The notes under the pieces were generated by a model. The model was not told the origin of the DNA and searched no databases. It was given only the letters and a program-made list of their open reading frames with translations. Of a stretch of DNA of 32,000 bases, positions 1 to 10,403 are shown in pieces; the stretch's first letter is position 1; every line of letters starts with the position of its first letter. This DNA comes from Erysipelothrix inopinata (GTDB lineage: Bacteria; Bacillota_I; Bacilli_A; Erysipelotrichales; Erysipelotrichaceae), in contig NZ_CP060715.1 of assembly GCF_014396165.1 (NCBI RefSeq), positions 1,410,001 through 1,442,000 on the forward strand, read 5' to 3'. Position numbers and translations under genes: made by a program.

Positions 1-99
1 AGAAACTGTACTTATAATTTCGTAGCCATAATAATCTCTTTCTAATAGAAGCGAAAGCACACATAATTCAAGAACACCTTTTTTGAATTGTGTATTCAT
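1..99 (-). CDS. PadR-family transcriptional regulator, N-terminal 33 codons only (gene continues off the left edge)
   Basis: Reverse complement of 1-99 reads [33 protein letters not shown] from the ATG at 99-97. KGxLExxVLxxL...YGYEI is the PadR winged-helix N-terminus. It is absent from the ORF track because it is truncated. Confidence 0.6.
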   Translation of the reverse strand, partial: MNTQFKKGVLELCVLSLLLERDYYGYEIISTVS

Positions 100-272
100 A
101 TCGTCACCGCCTGGATAAATGGTACCACATAGTATCTTGCATTACAAGGTACCTTTCAATATTTATTAGTTAAATTGTAATTTGTTGTGTTTCATGCTTT
201 ATTTATTGAAAAACAATAAATAATTGTTGCGTTTTGAGAAAAATATGATATTATTTGATTGTGGAGGATGTT

Positions 273-743
273 ATGAAACGAAAAGAGTTTTATCTAATAT
301 CACAGATTTTAGCAGTTGTATTGATTTTAATTGGTATTGTTTTGGTCAACGAAATGCCAAAACAGATTCGAATCCAAATGACTGATCTTGATACAAATTC
401 GATCAAGATTTGGGTTGGGATTATATATCTAACTGCCGCAACATATTTTTTATCAGTTTATGAACTGGTGCGCATCATTCTGAGAACTAAAGCAACAGAA
501 ATAACTAATATCGAAAATGCAAAGCATTTTAAAAGGATTGCATACTATGCTCTCATTAACGCCATTATTTACATTGTCATGCTATTGATATTTACACTAT
601 CAAGCAATTTATCAAGTTTTGTATTCTTGATTGGCTTCAGTATTGTGGTAGTTGGTTTGGGTGCAAGTGCTATTTGTACCGTTTGTTCCTATCTAATTCA
701 AAAGAATTACAAATTAGAAGAAGAAAGTAGGTTGGTCATCTAA
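273..743 (+). CDS. Multi-pass membrane protein, DUF2975-like (partner of a YozG-type regulator)
   Basis: The ORF track gives 255..743. I prefer the ATG at 273 (MKRKEFYLIS...) with GGAGG at 263-267. The protein has several hydrophobic helices and no soluble domain. Its TAA stop overlaps the ATG of the next gene (TAATG, 741-745). The family call rests on context and memory only. Confidence 0.6.
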   Translation: MKRKEFYLISQILAVVLILIGIVLVNEMPKQIRIQMTDLDTNSIKIWVGIIYLTAATYFLSVYELVRIILRTKATEITNIENAKHFKRIAYYALINAIIYIVMLLIFTLSSNLSSFVFLIGFSIVVVGLGASAICTVCSYLIQKNYKLEEESRLVI

Positions 744-958
744 TGGGCGAGATTATTGTAGATCTAGATGTCATGCTTGCGAAAAGAAAAATGACCGTAA
801 CGGAACTATCGGAGTTGATTGGCATCACTATTTCGAATGTCTCGATTCTAAAGACTGGAAAAGCAAAAGCGATTCGTTTTGATACACTTGCGAAAATCTG
901 TGATGTCTTGGCATGTCAGCCAGGGGATATCTTACGATACGAAAAAGAGGATAATTAA
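743..958 (+). CDS. Short XRE/Cro-C1 family HTH transcriptional regulator (YozG-like)
   Basis: 71 aa. MTVTELSELIGITISNVSILKTGKAKAIRFDTLAKICDVLACQPGDIL is a typical short Cro/C1 HTH. The gene is translationally coupled to the upstream membrane protein. Confidence 0.85.
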   Translation: MGEIIVDLDVMLAKRKMTVTELSELIGITISNVSILKTGKAKAIRFDTLAKICDVLACQPGDILRYEKEDN

Positions 959-959
959 A

Positions 960-1190
960 ATGAAAAAATTATATAACTTTACGATTGGTCTAATACTATT
1001 AGGATTTATTTTACTAGCAATTAAATCTGCTTCCCCAGAATATATAGATGAACAGGGGATACTTCATGAAACATTTTATTTAATAGGTTTGGGTACTTTT
1101 AGCATATTGGGTGGTACTATTCTCACAATTATCAATGCAATTGTAATTAAACTAAGAAAGAAAACAACATTAAAACAAGTCTCAAACTAG
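960..1190 (+). CDS. Small two-TM membrane protein, unknown function
   Basis: The ORF track gives 879..1190. AAGAGGA at 945-951 and the ATG at 960 give a 76-aa protein, MKKLYNFTIGLILLGFILLAI...GLGTFSILGGTILTIINAIVI. It starts 1 nt after the HTH gene stop. Confidence 0.5.
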   Translation: MKKLYNFTIGLILLGFILLAIKSASPEYIDEQGILHETFYLIGLGTFSILGGTILTIINAIVIKLRKKTTLKQVSN

Positions 1191-1211
1191 TAATGAAAGT
1201 GGGGTGTTAAA

Positions 1212-1976
1212 ATGAAGCTAGATGGTAAAACAATACTTGTTACAGGAGTGAGTCGATTGGGTGGTATTGGAGCTGCAATTGCACTGAAGTTAAGTGAGTC
1301 AGGTGCAAAAGTTATCATCCATGGGCATAGTGATTTTGATATTGAAGCAAAGTATAGTGATTCGGACGATTCATTTCCTTCTGAGTTTTGCAAAAAACAC
1401 GAAAATATCTTTGTGGCGCCGTCTTCTGATCTCTCATCAGGACGTAACTGTGAGTCGCTAATAGAATTTGTAAATGAAAAGTACGGTGTAATACATGGAT
1501 TAGTCTTAAATCATGCTTATTCGACTCAAGGAAGTTTTGGTGAACTAAAAGAAGATGAGATAAACAAGCATCTTAATACGAATGTAACTGGCAATTTATT
1601 ATTAATTCAGAATTTTTCTGAACAATTGGTAGATGGTAATCGTGGTGCAATCACTTTATTTACAAGTGGTCAGTATCTCGGACCAATGACACAAGAAATT
1701 GCGTATGCAGTGTCGAAGGATGCAATCATTGGTATCACGAATCAGGCATCGTATGCTCTAGCACCTAAAAACATTCAAGTAAATGCCATAAACCCTGGAC
1801 CTACGGATACGGGTTATGCGAGTGGTGATGACTATGAACGGATTAAAAATATGTTCCCAGCAAAACGATGGGGAGTGCCAGAAGATGCCGCAAACTTAGT
1901 AGCGTTTTTACAAAGTGATGAATCGAGCTGGATAACAGGTCAAATCATTGCGAGTGAAGGTGGATTTACACGTTAA
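1212..1976 (+). CDS. Short-chain dehydrogenase/reductase (SDR) family oxidoreductase
   Basis: 254 aa. It has the Rossmann motif TGVSRLGGIGAAIA, the catalytic YAVSK (YxxxK), and NAINPGPTDT. Confidence 0.9.
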   Translation: MKLDGKTILVTGVSRLGGIGAAIALKLSESGAKVIIHGHSDFDIEAKYSDSDDSFPSEFCKKHENIFVAPSSDLSSGRNCESLIEFVNEKYGVIHGLVLNHAYSTQGSFGELKEDEINKHLNTNVTGNLLLIQNFSEQLVDGNRGAITLFTSGQYLGPMTQEIAYAVSKDAIIGITNQASYALAPKNIQVNAINPGPTDTGYASGDDYERIKNMFPAKRWGVPEDAANLVAFLQSDESSWITGQIIASEGGFTR

Positions 1977-2011
1977 AAAGACATTATCTCTTGCGGGATA
2001 ATGTCTTTGTT

Positions 2012-2620
2012 CTATATATCATAGTGATCAATGTTACTTCTAAATTCAAGGGTTGGGATCCCATCTTCAATTACTATTTTAGTGAGACTTGTTGATAATA
2101 TATCTTCTTGATCTCCTAAAAGTTCGAAGTCGTGGTTCATTAATTCTTGAATAATTAATTTTGATGTAATACGGTGGCTTACAAGTGCGATTGTTTGGCC
2201 CTGATGATTCTCTAATACATTTTTGACGAATGGTGAAACACGATCATTAACTTCGAGATAGGTTTCGCCATCAATAGGTTGATAGTGGATTGGATCTTTG
2301 AAAAAATTGTGCCATTGTTCTGGATATGTTTCATCAATCCAAGAAAAAGTTTTACCTTCCCATGCGCCCATGTTTATCTCTGCAATCGCATCAGATACAG
2401 CGAAGTCTCGATTAGGAAACACATGCTCAGCAGTCTCAATAGCACGTGGACTCGAACTTGAGTAAATGGCATCAATGTTGTGATTGCTCATTCTTTTAGC
2501 AAGACAATTTGCCTGAAAAACACCTTCTTCTGTAAGTGGTGAGTTAAGGCTTCCTTGCATTTTTTTCTCTAAATTCCATACTGTTTTTCCATGTCTAATA
2601 ATAAATATTGTAGTTTTCAT
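2012..2620 (-). CDS. Histidine phosphatase family protein (phosphoglycerate-mutase-like)
   Basis: 202 aa. It has the IIRHGKTVWN (RHG) motif and a second catalytic His in LVSHRITS. A GGAGG RBS lies just upstream on the minus strand. Confidence 0.9.
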   Translation of the reverse strand: MKTTIFIIRHGKTVWNLEKKMQGSLNSPLTEEGVFQANCLAKRMSNHNIDAIYSSSSPRAIETAEHVFPNRDFAVSDAIAEINMGAWEGKTFSWIDETYPEQWHNFFKDPIHYQPIDGETYLEVNDRVSPFVKNVLENHQGQTIALVSHRITSKLIIQELMNHDFELLGDQEDILSTSLTKIVIEDGIPTLEFRSNIDHYDI

Positions 2621-2711
2621 TCATTACCTCCAGAAATAGTATAATTCACTCTATCAAAATTTACGAATACATATTATAATAGTTACATATATTAATTGTA
2701 TGGGTGAAAAT

Positions 2712-3551
2712 ATGAATTTACATTGGTTAAAACTTTTTTATGTGGTTGCGAAAACAGGTTCCGTAACCCAAGCATCAAAGGACTTAGCGATAAGTCAGCC
2801 ATCTGTGACAGCACAGATAAAAAAACTGGAACAAATGTATCATGTACGTTTATTCCAAAAAGAGGGAAGATATTTAAAACTTACACCTGTAGGGGAAAGA
2901 CTATATAAGGAAGCTGCACAACTTTTCGAGGTTGATGTTCCTAAAATGGAATCTTTATTGAGACAAGAACAAGTTCTTAGAATCGAAGGGAACTTTTTAG
3001 CAATGCACTTATTACTACCAGATGCATTGAGATTATTACGAAATCATAATCATGATTTAAAAATCGAACACAGTGTTTCAGGGTCTAAGAAAGTTTTGGA
3101 TTCACTACGTCAAGGGCGCTGTGATCTTGCAATTATTAGTTCTGATCAGGAATCATTAAATTTGAAGAATGTAGAGACGATACGAATCTTTGAAGACCAA
3201 TTGATTTTAGCTTCGAGTTCAGAATCTGGATTAGAGAATCATCAGTTTGTCGTGGCAAGTTCAGACTCTCATTTGCGTGATGTTGTAAACAGATTTTGCG
3301 ATGAAGAGTTCGGGGCGATTTCACTTGAAGTAGAGAATACAGGCGAAATTGTGAATGCACTACTTTTCAATGCGGATATTGTCGGTCTTGTTCCATCTGC
3401 ACTGATTAGACGTTATCAAGATGGTCTTTACATTAAAGAAACAAGTATCAGTAATAATTATTTCATGTGTGTAAAGAAAAACCATCCGCAATATCAAGAA
3501 CTTGTTTCCTTTGCGAAACGAATTTCTGAAACGTTGAAGAAAAACGCTTAA
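2712..3551 (+). CDS. LysR-family transcriptional regulator
   Basis: The N-terminus MNLHWLKLFYVVAKTGSVTQASKDLAISQPSVTAQIKKLE is a LysR HTH, followed by a substrate-binding-like C-terminal domain. The gene is divergent from the phosphatase gene. I prefer the ATG at 2712 (GGGTGA upstream) over the track start at 2700. Confidence 0.9.
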   Translation: MNLHWLKLFYVVAKTGSVTQASKDLAISQPSVTAQIKKLEQMYHVRLFQKEGRYLKLTPVGERLYKEAAQLFEVDVPKMESLLRQEQVLRIEGNFLAMHLLLPDALRLLRNHNHDLKIEHSVSGSKKVLDSLRQGRCDLAIISSDQESLNLKNVETIRIFEDQLILASSSESGLENHQFVVASSDSHLRDVVNRFCDEEFGAISLEVENTGEIVNALLFNADIVGLVPSALIRRYQDGLYIKETSISNNYFMCVKKNHPQYQELVSFAKRISETLKKNA

Positions 3552-3589
3552 TCCAAAAGTTTGATACAAATTTTAAAAAGGAGAATTAT

Positions 3590-3814
3590 ATGGATCAGTC
3601 AAAAATTATATCTGTATTATCTGAGAATTTAAATGAGGGGTATCGAATTATTTATGAAGATGAAAGCTTATCGCCATCAATTGAATGGGTAGAATGGGTA
3701 TCCCAATCTGATGATGAAGAAGACTATATTGTCGAAGTAACATTTAGTGATGATTCAACAAAAACATTTCCAAAGGGCGTTAATCTTCGCCAAATATGGC
3801 ATGAAGATATTTAA
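3590..3814 (+). CDS. Small acidic hypothetical protein (74 aa)
   Basis: A strong AAGGAG RBS precedes the ATG, and a rho-independent terminator follows. I recognise no motif. Confidence 0.55.
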   Translation: MDQSKIISVLSENLNEGYRIIYEDESLSPSIEWVEWVSQSDDEEDYIVEVTFSDDSTKTFPKGVNLRQIWHEDI

Positions 3815-3842
3815 CGAAAATTTATTAGTAAAATAATGAGGC

Positions 3843-3882
3843 ACAACTACGATAAGTATCAATCATCGTGGTTGTTTTTTTA
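3843..3882 (+). terminator. Rho-independent terminator after the small acidic ORF
   Basis: ACAACTACGAT (3843-3853) pairs with ATCGTGGTTGT (3865-3875) with one G-U pair, followed by a T-run. Confidence 0.7.
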
Positions 3883-4042
3883 TTTTAGGACCTATCTAAG
3901 GTTTGCTATTCTCTCTATTTTTGCTTAATAATATTTTAACGCTTATCGTGTTATACTAAATCTATAAATTAATTGACGGATTTCAAAGAAAAAATTTTGA
4001 ATAATACAAATAAAGTAATGTCTGTGAATAAGGGAGGTATGT

Positions 4043-4909
4043 ATGGTTTATTTAAGATCATTTCAACTATTAAATGATATTGGTGAACAGAAAGTATATG
4101 AATCCGAACAAAGAAACATTTATGTAGACCGCTATCCACTAGGGATATTTCCAGCTAAGCAATTAGAAACATTGTCTTTTTCTCCGATCACTATTTTCTA
4201 TGGAAATAATGGATCGGGTAAAAGTACTATCCTAAATATCATTGCTCAAAAGTGTGAAGCAAAACGAATTACACCACTTAATAAAGGTGTGTTTTTTGAT
4301 AATTACGTTGAAAGTTGCGACTTTGAATTTGGAATTGATTTACCTCAGGAAATTAAGGTGATAACGAGTGACGATATTTTTGACTATCTCTTAAATATAC
4401 GTGCTATTAATACGGGAGTAGATCGAAAAAAAGAAATGTAGAGTCAACAGTACCTTGATGCTAAATATGATACGAGAGCAATAAATACTTTGGACACTTA
4501 TGATAGTTTGAAGGAAAAGGTAGAGGCAAGAAGTAAGACAATGTCTCGCTATGTTCGTGATAAGCTCATGACTAATACGTTACAAGAACAATCCAATGGG
4601 GAATCAGCGCTTATGTTCTGGCAAAAGGAAATAACAGAAAACAGTCTTTATATCTTAGATGAACCTGAAAATAGTTTATCTGCGGCAAATCAAAGAAAAC
4701 TCAGTAAGTTTATTGAAGAGTCAGCACGTTTCTATAACTGTCAATTTATATTATCAACTCATTCACCATTTTTGTTGAGCCTTACAGATGCAACTATTTA
4801 TGATTTAGATGAAGTTCCAGCAAAGACTAAGAAATGGCATGAACTTGAGAGTATTCAAGAATACCATAAGTTATTTCAAGAACGAGAGCATTTGTTCAAT
4901 AAGAAATAG
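4043..4909 (+). pseudogene. Stand-alone AAA/ABC-type ATPase (AAA_21-like) interrupted by a single in-frame TAG at 4439-4441
   Basis: Track ORFs 4043..4441 and 4490..4909 are in the same frame, and TAG is the only stop between them. Walker A (GNNGSGKST) is in the first half. Walker B (YILDEPENSLS) and STHSPFLL are in the second half. The first ATG has a GGGAGG RBS, but 4490 (TTG) has no convincing RBS. Confidence 0.75.
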
Positions 4910-4961
4910 TTTTTGTATCTCTTATTATTTTTGATTTTTTTACGCTATATAATCTAACTAT

Positions 4962-4996
4962 AAAAAAACCGTGGCTTCTTAGATGAGAGGTCACGG
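4962..4996 (-). terminator. Rho-independent terminator for the DUF2721-like gene (weakly bidirectional)
   Basis: A 7-bp GC-rich stem pairs 4969-4975 with 4990-4996. On the minus strand it is followed by a run of seven T (A-run 4962-4968 on plus). Confidence 0.55.
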
Positions 4997-5021
4997 CTTT
5001 CTATAAGTGAATGAAATGTAA

Positions 5022-5423
5022 TTATTCGTTTGTTTTGTCTTTCAAGTCATCCAGTTGAATTTGAAGTGCTTCAATAGAAATGCTGAGCTCTTTAAGTAAA
5101 TAAGTAAGCGATACAACGAGAAATACAAGACTGATAGTAAAAATAACTTTTGAAGCTAAGTATTGATGAAGCATAGAGAGTAGCATACTGATTGCTGCAG
5201 TAATAAATGAGAGGGCTCCACAAACTTGCATTTTTTTAATAATATCCATGCGTCGATTAAGGTTGGTAATTTGATCTAATATTTGTTTTTGAGGTGTTTC
5301 TCGATGCTTCTCATAAAGGTCTCGAATCAAACCAGCGAGAACAACAAAGCGGTTAGTGTAGGCAAGCATCAAGAGTGAAATTGCTGGAAAAACCAAAGCG
5401 GGTGTCTGTAATGTGAAATCCAT
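5022..5423 (-). CDS. DUF2721-like membrane protein
   Basis: 133 aa. The N-terminus MDFTLQTPALVFPAISLLMLAYTNRFVVLAGLIRDL matches my recollection of DUF2721. The protein has three hydrophobic helices and an AAGGAG RBS. Confidence 0.65.
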   Translation of the reverse strand: MDFTLQTPALVFPAISLLMLAYTNRFVVLAGLIRDLYEKHRETPQKQILDQITNLNRRMDIIKKMQVCGALSFITAAISMLLSMLHQYLASKVIFTISLVFLVVSLTYLLKELSISIEALQIQLDDLKDKTNE

Positions 5424-5558
5424 AATAATATCTCCTTATAACTTGTTTAAATCTTATCATGTTTGAACTTAACAATTCAATTCACTTGGGTTGAATTGTA
5501 AGCGAATACTCATTAAAATTAACATGGATGTGGAAATAGAAGAAAAGAGGTAACATCT

Positions 5559-6545
5559 GTGAGATATTTAATCAATAAGTCTACCAATCCATATTTTAAC
5601 TTGGCATTGGATGAATATGCTATGAAGCATATCGACTGTGATGAGGATTTCTTTTTCCTCTGGCAAAATGCGCCGGCAGTGATTGTAGGTAAAAACCAAA
5701 ACACACTGGAAGAGATAAACTTAAAGTTTATTGAGGAAAATGGCATTAAAGTGGCTCGCCGTGTATCAGGTGGTGGTGCAGTCTACCATGATTTTGGTAA
5801 TTTGAACTTTACGTTTGTTATTAACGTTGATGACCCAGGTAAAGTAAATTACAAAAAATATGTACAACCAATTATCGATGCACTCGATGCAATGGGGCTT
5901 CATGCTGAAGCTTCAGGACGAAATGACATTCTTGTTGATGGTTTAAAGATTTCAGGTAATGCTCAACGTATGGCTAATGGCAAACTTATGCATCATGGCA
6001 CCATCATGTTTGATGTTGATGTAGAAGATCTTGTACAAGCGCTTAATGTTGATCCAGATAAGATCACATCTAAAGGTGTGAAATCAGTTCGTTCCCGTGT
6101 TACAAACATTAAAGAACATCTACCAGAGGGAACTGATCTAGATAAATTTTGGGATGAACTTCATTATTTCCTTTCAAATAAGGGACAAGATAAAGAAATT
6201 ATCTTAACGGATGAGGACATTGCGAAAATTGAATTTGAAGCTGTGAACCGTTTTGGTACATGGGATTGGATTTATGGGAATTCTCCTGAATTTAATCTAA
6301 AAAATGGTGCTCGCTTTGCGGGTGGACGTGTTGAAACACTTGTTGATGTTGATGAAGGAAAAATTCAAGCAATCCGTTTTATGGGTGATTATTTAGGCCT
6401 TGAAGACGTCGCTGATATTGAAGAAAGACTAGTCGGAGTGCGTTTTGTACGCGATGATGTGTCAACAATTTTATCGCAATTTGACTTGAAAAAGTATTTT
6501 GGAGCAATTACTCAAGACGAAATTCTATCGTTATTATTTGATTAA
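5559..6545 (+). CDS. lplA: Lipoate--protein ligase
   Basis: 328 aa with a GTG start after AAGAGG. RRVSGGGAVYHDFGNLNF and GLKISGNAQR are BPL/LplA/LipB catalytic-domain motifs. The gene lies immediately upstream of the lipoylated PDH complex genes. Confidence 0.9.
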   Translation: MRYLINKSTNPYFNLALDEYAMKHIDCDEDFFFLWQNAPAVIVGKNQNTLEEINLKFIEENGIKVARRVSGGGAVYHDFGNLNFTFVINVDDPGKVNYKKYVQPIIDALDAMGLHAEASGRNDILVDGLKISGNAQRMANGKLMHHGTIMFDVDVEDLVQALNVDPDKITSKGVKSVRSRVTNIKEHLPEGTDLDKFWDELHYFLSNKGQDKEIILTDEDIAKIEFEAVNRFGTWDWIYGNSPEFNLKNGARFAGGRVETLVDVDEGKIQAIRFMGDYLGLEDVADIEERLVGVRFVRDDVSTILSQFDLKKYFGAITQDEILSLLFD

Positions 6546-6637
6546 TTGTTAATGTGAAAAGATATTTCACAAAATCATTCATATTCATTGAATGATAACA
6601 GGTATCATGTTACATTTAATATGTATTATTAAGCTAA

Positions 6638-7794
<1,157 letters not shown>

Positions 7795-7795
<1 letters not shown>

Positions 7796-8775
7796 TGGCA
7801 CAATTAACAATGATCCAAGCCATTACTGAAGCGCTTGACATTGCCCTTGAACGCGATGAAAATACATTAATCTTTGGTGAAGACGTTGGGAAGAACGGTG
7901 GAGTTTTCCGTGCTACTGACGGACTTCAAGAAAAACATGGTGAAGACCGTGTATTCGATACACCATTAGCTGAATCAGGTATTGGTGGACTTGCAATCGG
8001 ATTGGCTTTAGAAAAATATCGTCCAATTCCTGAAATCCAATTCTTCGGATTCGTATTCGAAGTTATGGACTCTGTTGTTGCTCAAATGGCTCGTACACGT
8101 TACCGTTTAGGTAATACACGTCAAATGCCTATTACAATTCGTTCGCCATTTGGTGGAGGGGTTCATACACCTGAGCTTCACTCAGATAACTTAGAAGGTC
8201 TTATGACTCAATCTCCAGGGATTAAAGTAGTTATTCCTTCAAATCCATATGATGCAAAAGGTTTACTCTTAGCATCAATCGAAGATAACGATCCTGTTGT
8301 TTACTTAGAACACATGAAGTTATACCGCTCATTCCGTGATGAAGTTCCTGAAGGATACTATACAGTTCCTCTTGGAAAAGCAAATGTTGTTACTGAAGGA
8401 AACGATGTAACAATCATTACTTACGGATACATGGTTCGTGAATCAATCAAAGCAGCTGAAACTCTTGCAAAAGAAGGAATCTCAGCAGAAGTTATTGACT
8501 TACGTACTGTATCTCCTCTTGATATTGAAACAATCGTAGCATCTGTAAATAAAACAGGCCGTATTGTTATGGTTCAAGAAGCTCAAAGACAAGCTGGTGT
8601 TGGAGCTGCTGTTATGGCTGAAATTGCAGAACGTGCAATTTTATCATTAAAAGCTCCTATCGGACGTGTTGCTGCTCCGGATACTATTTTCCCATTCGGT
8701 TTAGCTGAAAACGACTGGTTACCAAATGAAGAAGACATCCTCGCTAAAGTACGCGAAGTTGTCAACTTTGATTAG
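7795..8775 (+). CDS. pdhB: Pyruvate dehydrogenase E1 component beta subunit
   Basis: 326 aa, with [15 protein letters not shown] and [11 protein letters not shown] transketolase-like pyrimidine-binding motifs. Confidence 0.95.
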
Positions 8776-8789
8776 AGGAGGCAAAAATT

Positions 8790-10388
8790 ATGTCATTTAT
8801 ATTTAAAATGCCTGATGTCGGAGAAGGAATTGCAGAAGGCGAAATCGTACAATGGTTTGTAAAAGAAGGCGATTCAATTAAAGAAGATGAACCTCTATTA
8901 GAAATCCAAAACGACAAATTAGTTCAAGAAATTCCATCACCTGTTACAGGAACAGTTACAAAAATTCTTGTAGAACCAGGAACAGTATCACAAGTTGGTG
9001 ATAACTTAGTTGAGTTTGCAGCAGAAGGACATGCTCCAGCAGCTGCACCAGCAGAAGAAGCACCAGCACAAGCAGCTCCAGCAGCACCAGCTGCTTCAGG
9101 ATCAAGCAACTTTGTATTTAATATGCCTGATGTTGGAGAAGGAATTGCAGAAGGTGAAATTGTACAATGGTTTGTAAAAGAAGGCGACGCTATTAAAGAA
9201 GACGAACCTTTATTAGAAATCCAAAACGATAAATTAGTTCAAGAAGTACCATCCCCAGTTACAGGAACAATTGCTAAAATCTTAGTAGAACCTGGAACAG
9301 TATCAACAGTGGGTGATGCACTTGTTGAAATCGCAGCAGAAGGTCACGCACCTGCAGCTGCAACAGCTCCTGCTCAAGCACAAGCTCCAGCAGAACAAGC
9401 TCCTGCAGGAAACGGTAAAACATTCGCTAACAATACAATTGCAAACCGTGTTCTTGCAATGCCTTCAGTACGTCAATATGCACGTGAAAAAGGTGTCGAT
9501 ATTACTGCAGTTAATGCAACTGGAAAGCACGGACATGTTCGTAAATCAGATATCGATGCATTCTTAGAAGGTGGCGCACCAGTAGCTCAAACAGCACCAG
9601 TTGTTGAAACAGCAACTCAAACAGCAGCTACACCAGCGGCAACAGCAGCTCCTAAAGCAGCAGCTAAACCAGTAGTTGAAGCAGGTTCAGTAACTCGTGA
9701 ACCAATGTCACCTACACGTAAAGCTATCGCTAAAGCAATGGTTACAAGTAAAGCAACAGCACCACACGTTACAATCTTTGACGAAGTTGATGTTACAGCT
9801 CTTGTTAACCACCGTAAGAAATTCAAAGATGTTGCAGCATCACAAGATGTTAAGTTAACATTCTTACCTTACGTTGTGAAAGCACTTGTTGCTACAGTAC
9901 GTAAATACCCAGTATTAAACAGTAGTGTTGATGATGCAACTCAAGAAATTGTATACAAAAACTACTACAACATTGGTTTTGCAGCAGACACTCCTCATGG
10001 ATTGTATGTTCCAAACATTAAAAATGCAGACTCAAAAGGTATCTTTACAATTGCTAAAGAAATTACCGAACTTGCAGGTGCTGCAAATGATAACAAATTA
10101 GCATTGCCAGATATGCGCGATGGTACAATTACAATTTCAAATATCGGATCAGCTCGTGGTTTATGGTTCACACCTATCATTAACTATCCAGAAGTTGCAA
10201 TTCTAGGTATCGGACGTATCGACAAGAAACCTGTTGTCTTAGAAGACGGGTCATTAGGAGTAGGTAATGTCTTAGCATTATCACTTAGCTTTGATCACAG
10301 AATTATTGACGGTATGACTGCTCAATTAGCGATGAATGAAGTAAAACGCTTATTAAGCAATCCTGATATTCTATTAATGGAATCTTAA
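8790..10388 (+). CDS. pdhC: Dihydrolipoamide acetyltransferase (PDH E2) with two lipoyl domains
   Basis: It has two copies of ...[12 protein letters not shown]... (the lipoyl-lysine motif), Ala/Pro linkers, the subunit-binding domain [16 protein letters not shown], and the catalytic SFDHRIIDG. Confidence 0.95.
   Translation: MSFIFKMPDVGEGIAEGEIVQWFVKEGDSIKEDEPLLEIQNDKLVQEIPSPVTGTVTKILVEPGTVSQVGDNLVEFAAEGHAPAAAPAEEAPAQAAPAAPAASGSSNFVFNMPDVGEGIAEGEIVQWFVKEGDAIKEDEPLLEIQNDKLVQEVPSPVTGTIAKILVEPGTVSTVGDALVEIAAEGHAPAAATAPAQAQAPAEQAPAGNGKTFANNTIANRVLAMPSVRQYAREKGVDITAVNATGKHGHVRKSDIDAFLEGGAPVAQTAPVVETATQTAATPAATAAPKAAAKPVVEAGSVTREPMSPTRKAIAKAMVTSKATAPHVTIFDEVDVTALVNHRKKFKDVAASQDVKLTFLPYVVKALVATVRKYPVLNSSVDDATQEIVYKNYYNIGFAADTPHGLYVPNIKNADSKGIFTIAKEITELAGAANDNKLALPDMRDGTITISNIGSARGLWFTPIINYPEVAILGIGRIDKKPVVLEDGSLGVGNVLALSLSFDHRIIDGMTAQLAMNEVKRLLSNPDILLMES
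8808..9362 (+). repeat. Intragenic tandem duplication encoding the two lipoyl domains (units about 8808-9047 and 9123-9362, period 315 nt)
   Basis: [73 protein letters not shown] occurs twice. The DNA copies differ mainly at third codon positions. Confidence 0.9.
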
Positions 10389-10403
10389 TCGGAGGAATAG
10401 AAA

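Noticed and set aside
4439-4441. In-frame TAG as programmed recoding (for example pyrrolysine or a suppressor).
   Set aside because: TAG terminates several other well-supported genes in this window, with stops at 1188-1190, 8773-8775, 15073-15075, 16967-16969 and 4907-4909. No recoding machinery or signal is visible, so a nonsense mutation or sequencing error is simpler.
3590-4909. The small acidic ORF plus AAA ATPase as a two-gene phage-defence or TA-like system.
   Set aside because: A terminator (3843-3882) separates the two genes. No nuclease, TOPRIM or effector partner is present, and the ATPase is disrupted. There is insufficient evidence for a system.
5473-5498. The hairpin CAATTCAA-N10-TTGAATTG upstream of lplA as a terminator or riboswitch element.
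   Set aside because: It has no T-run and no upstream co-directional gene to terminate. It is too short and AT-rich to assign a function.
5519-5746. A 75-aa minus-strand ORF overlapping the start of lplA.
   Set aside because: It is antisense to a confidently identified ligase gene and has no motif or RBS.
6553-6571. TGTGAAA...TTTCACA as a Rex or CRP/FNR binding site.
   Set aside because: The half-sites fit, but the spacing does not. Here TGTGA and TCACA are separated by 9 nt, against 6 nt for CRP/FNR. Rex boxes are TTGTGAA-N4-TTCACAA as I remember them. I kept it only as an unassigned dyad.
9030-9700. Repetitive GCA/CCA-rich stretches that look like short tandem repeats.
   Set aside because: They encode the Ala/Pro-rich flexible linkers between E2 domains. 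There is no constant repeat-spacer structure, so this is not a CRISPR array or a satellite.
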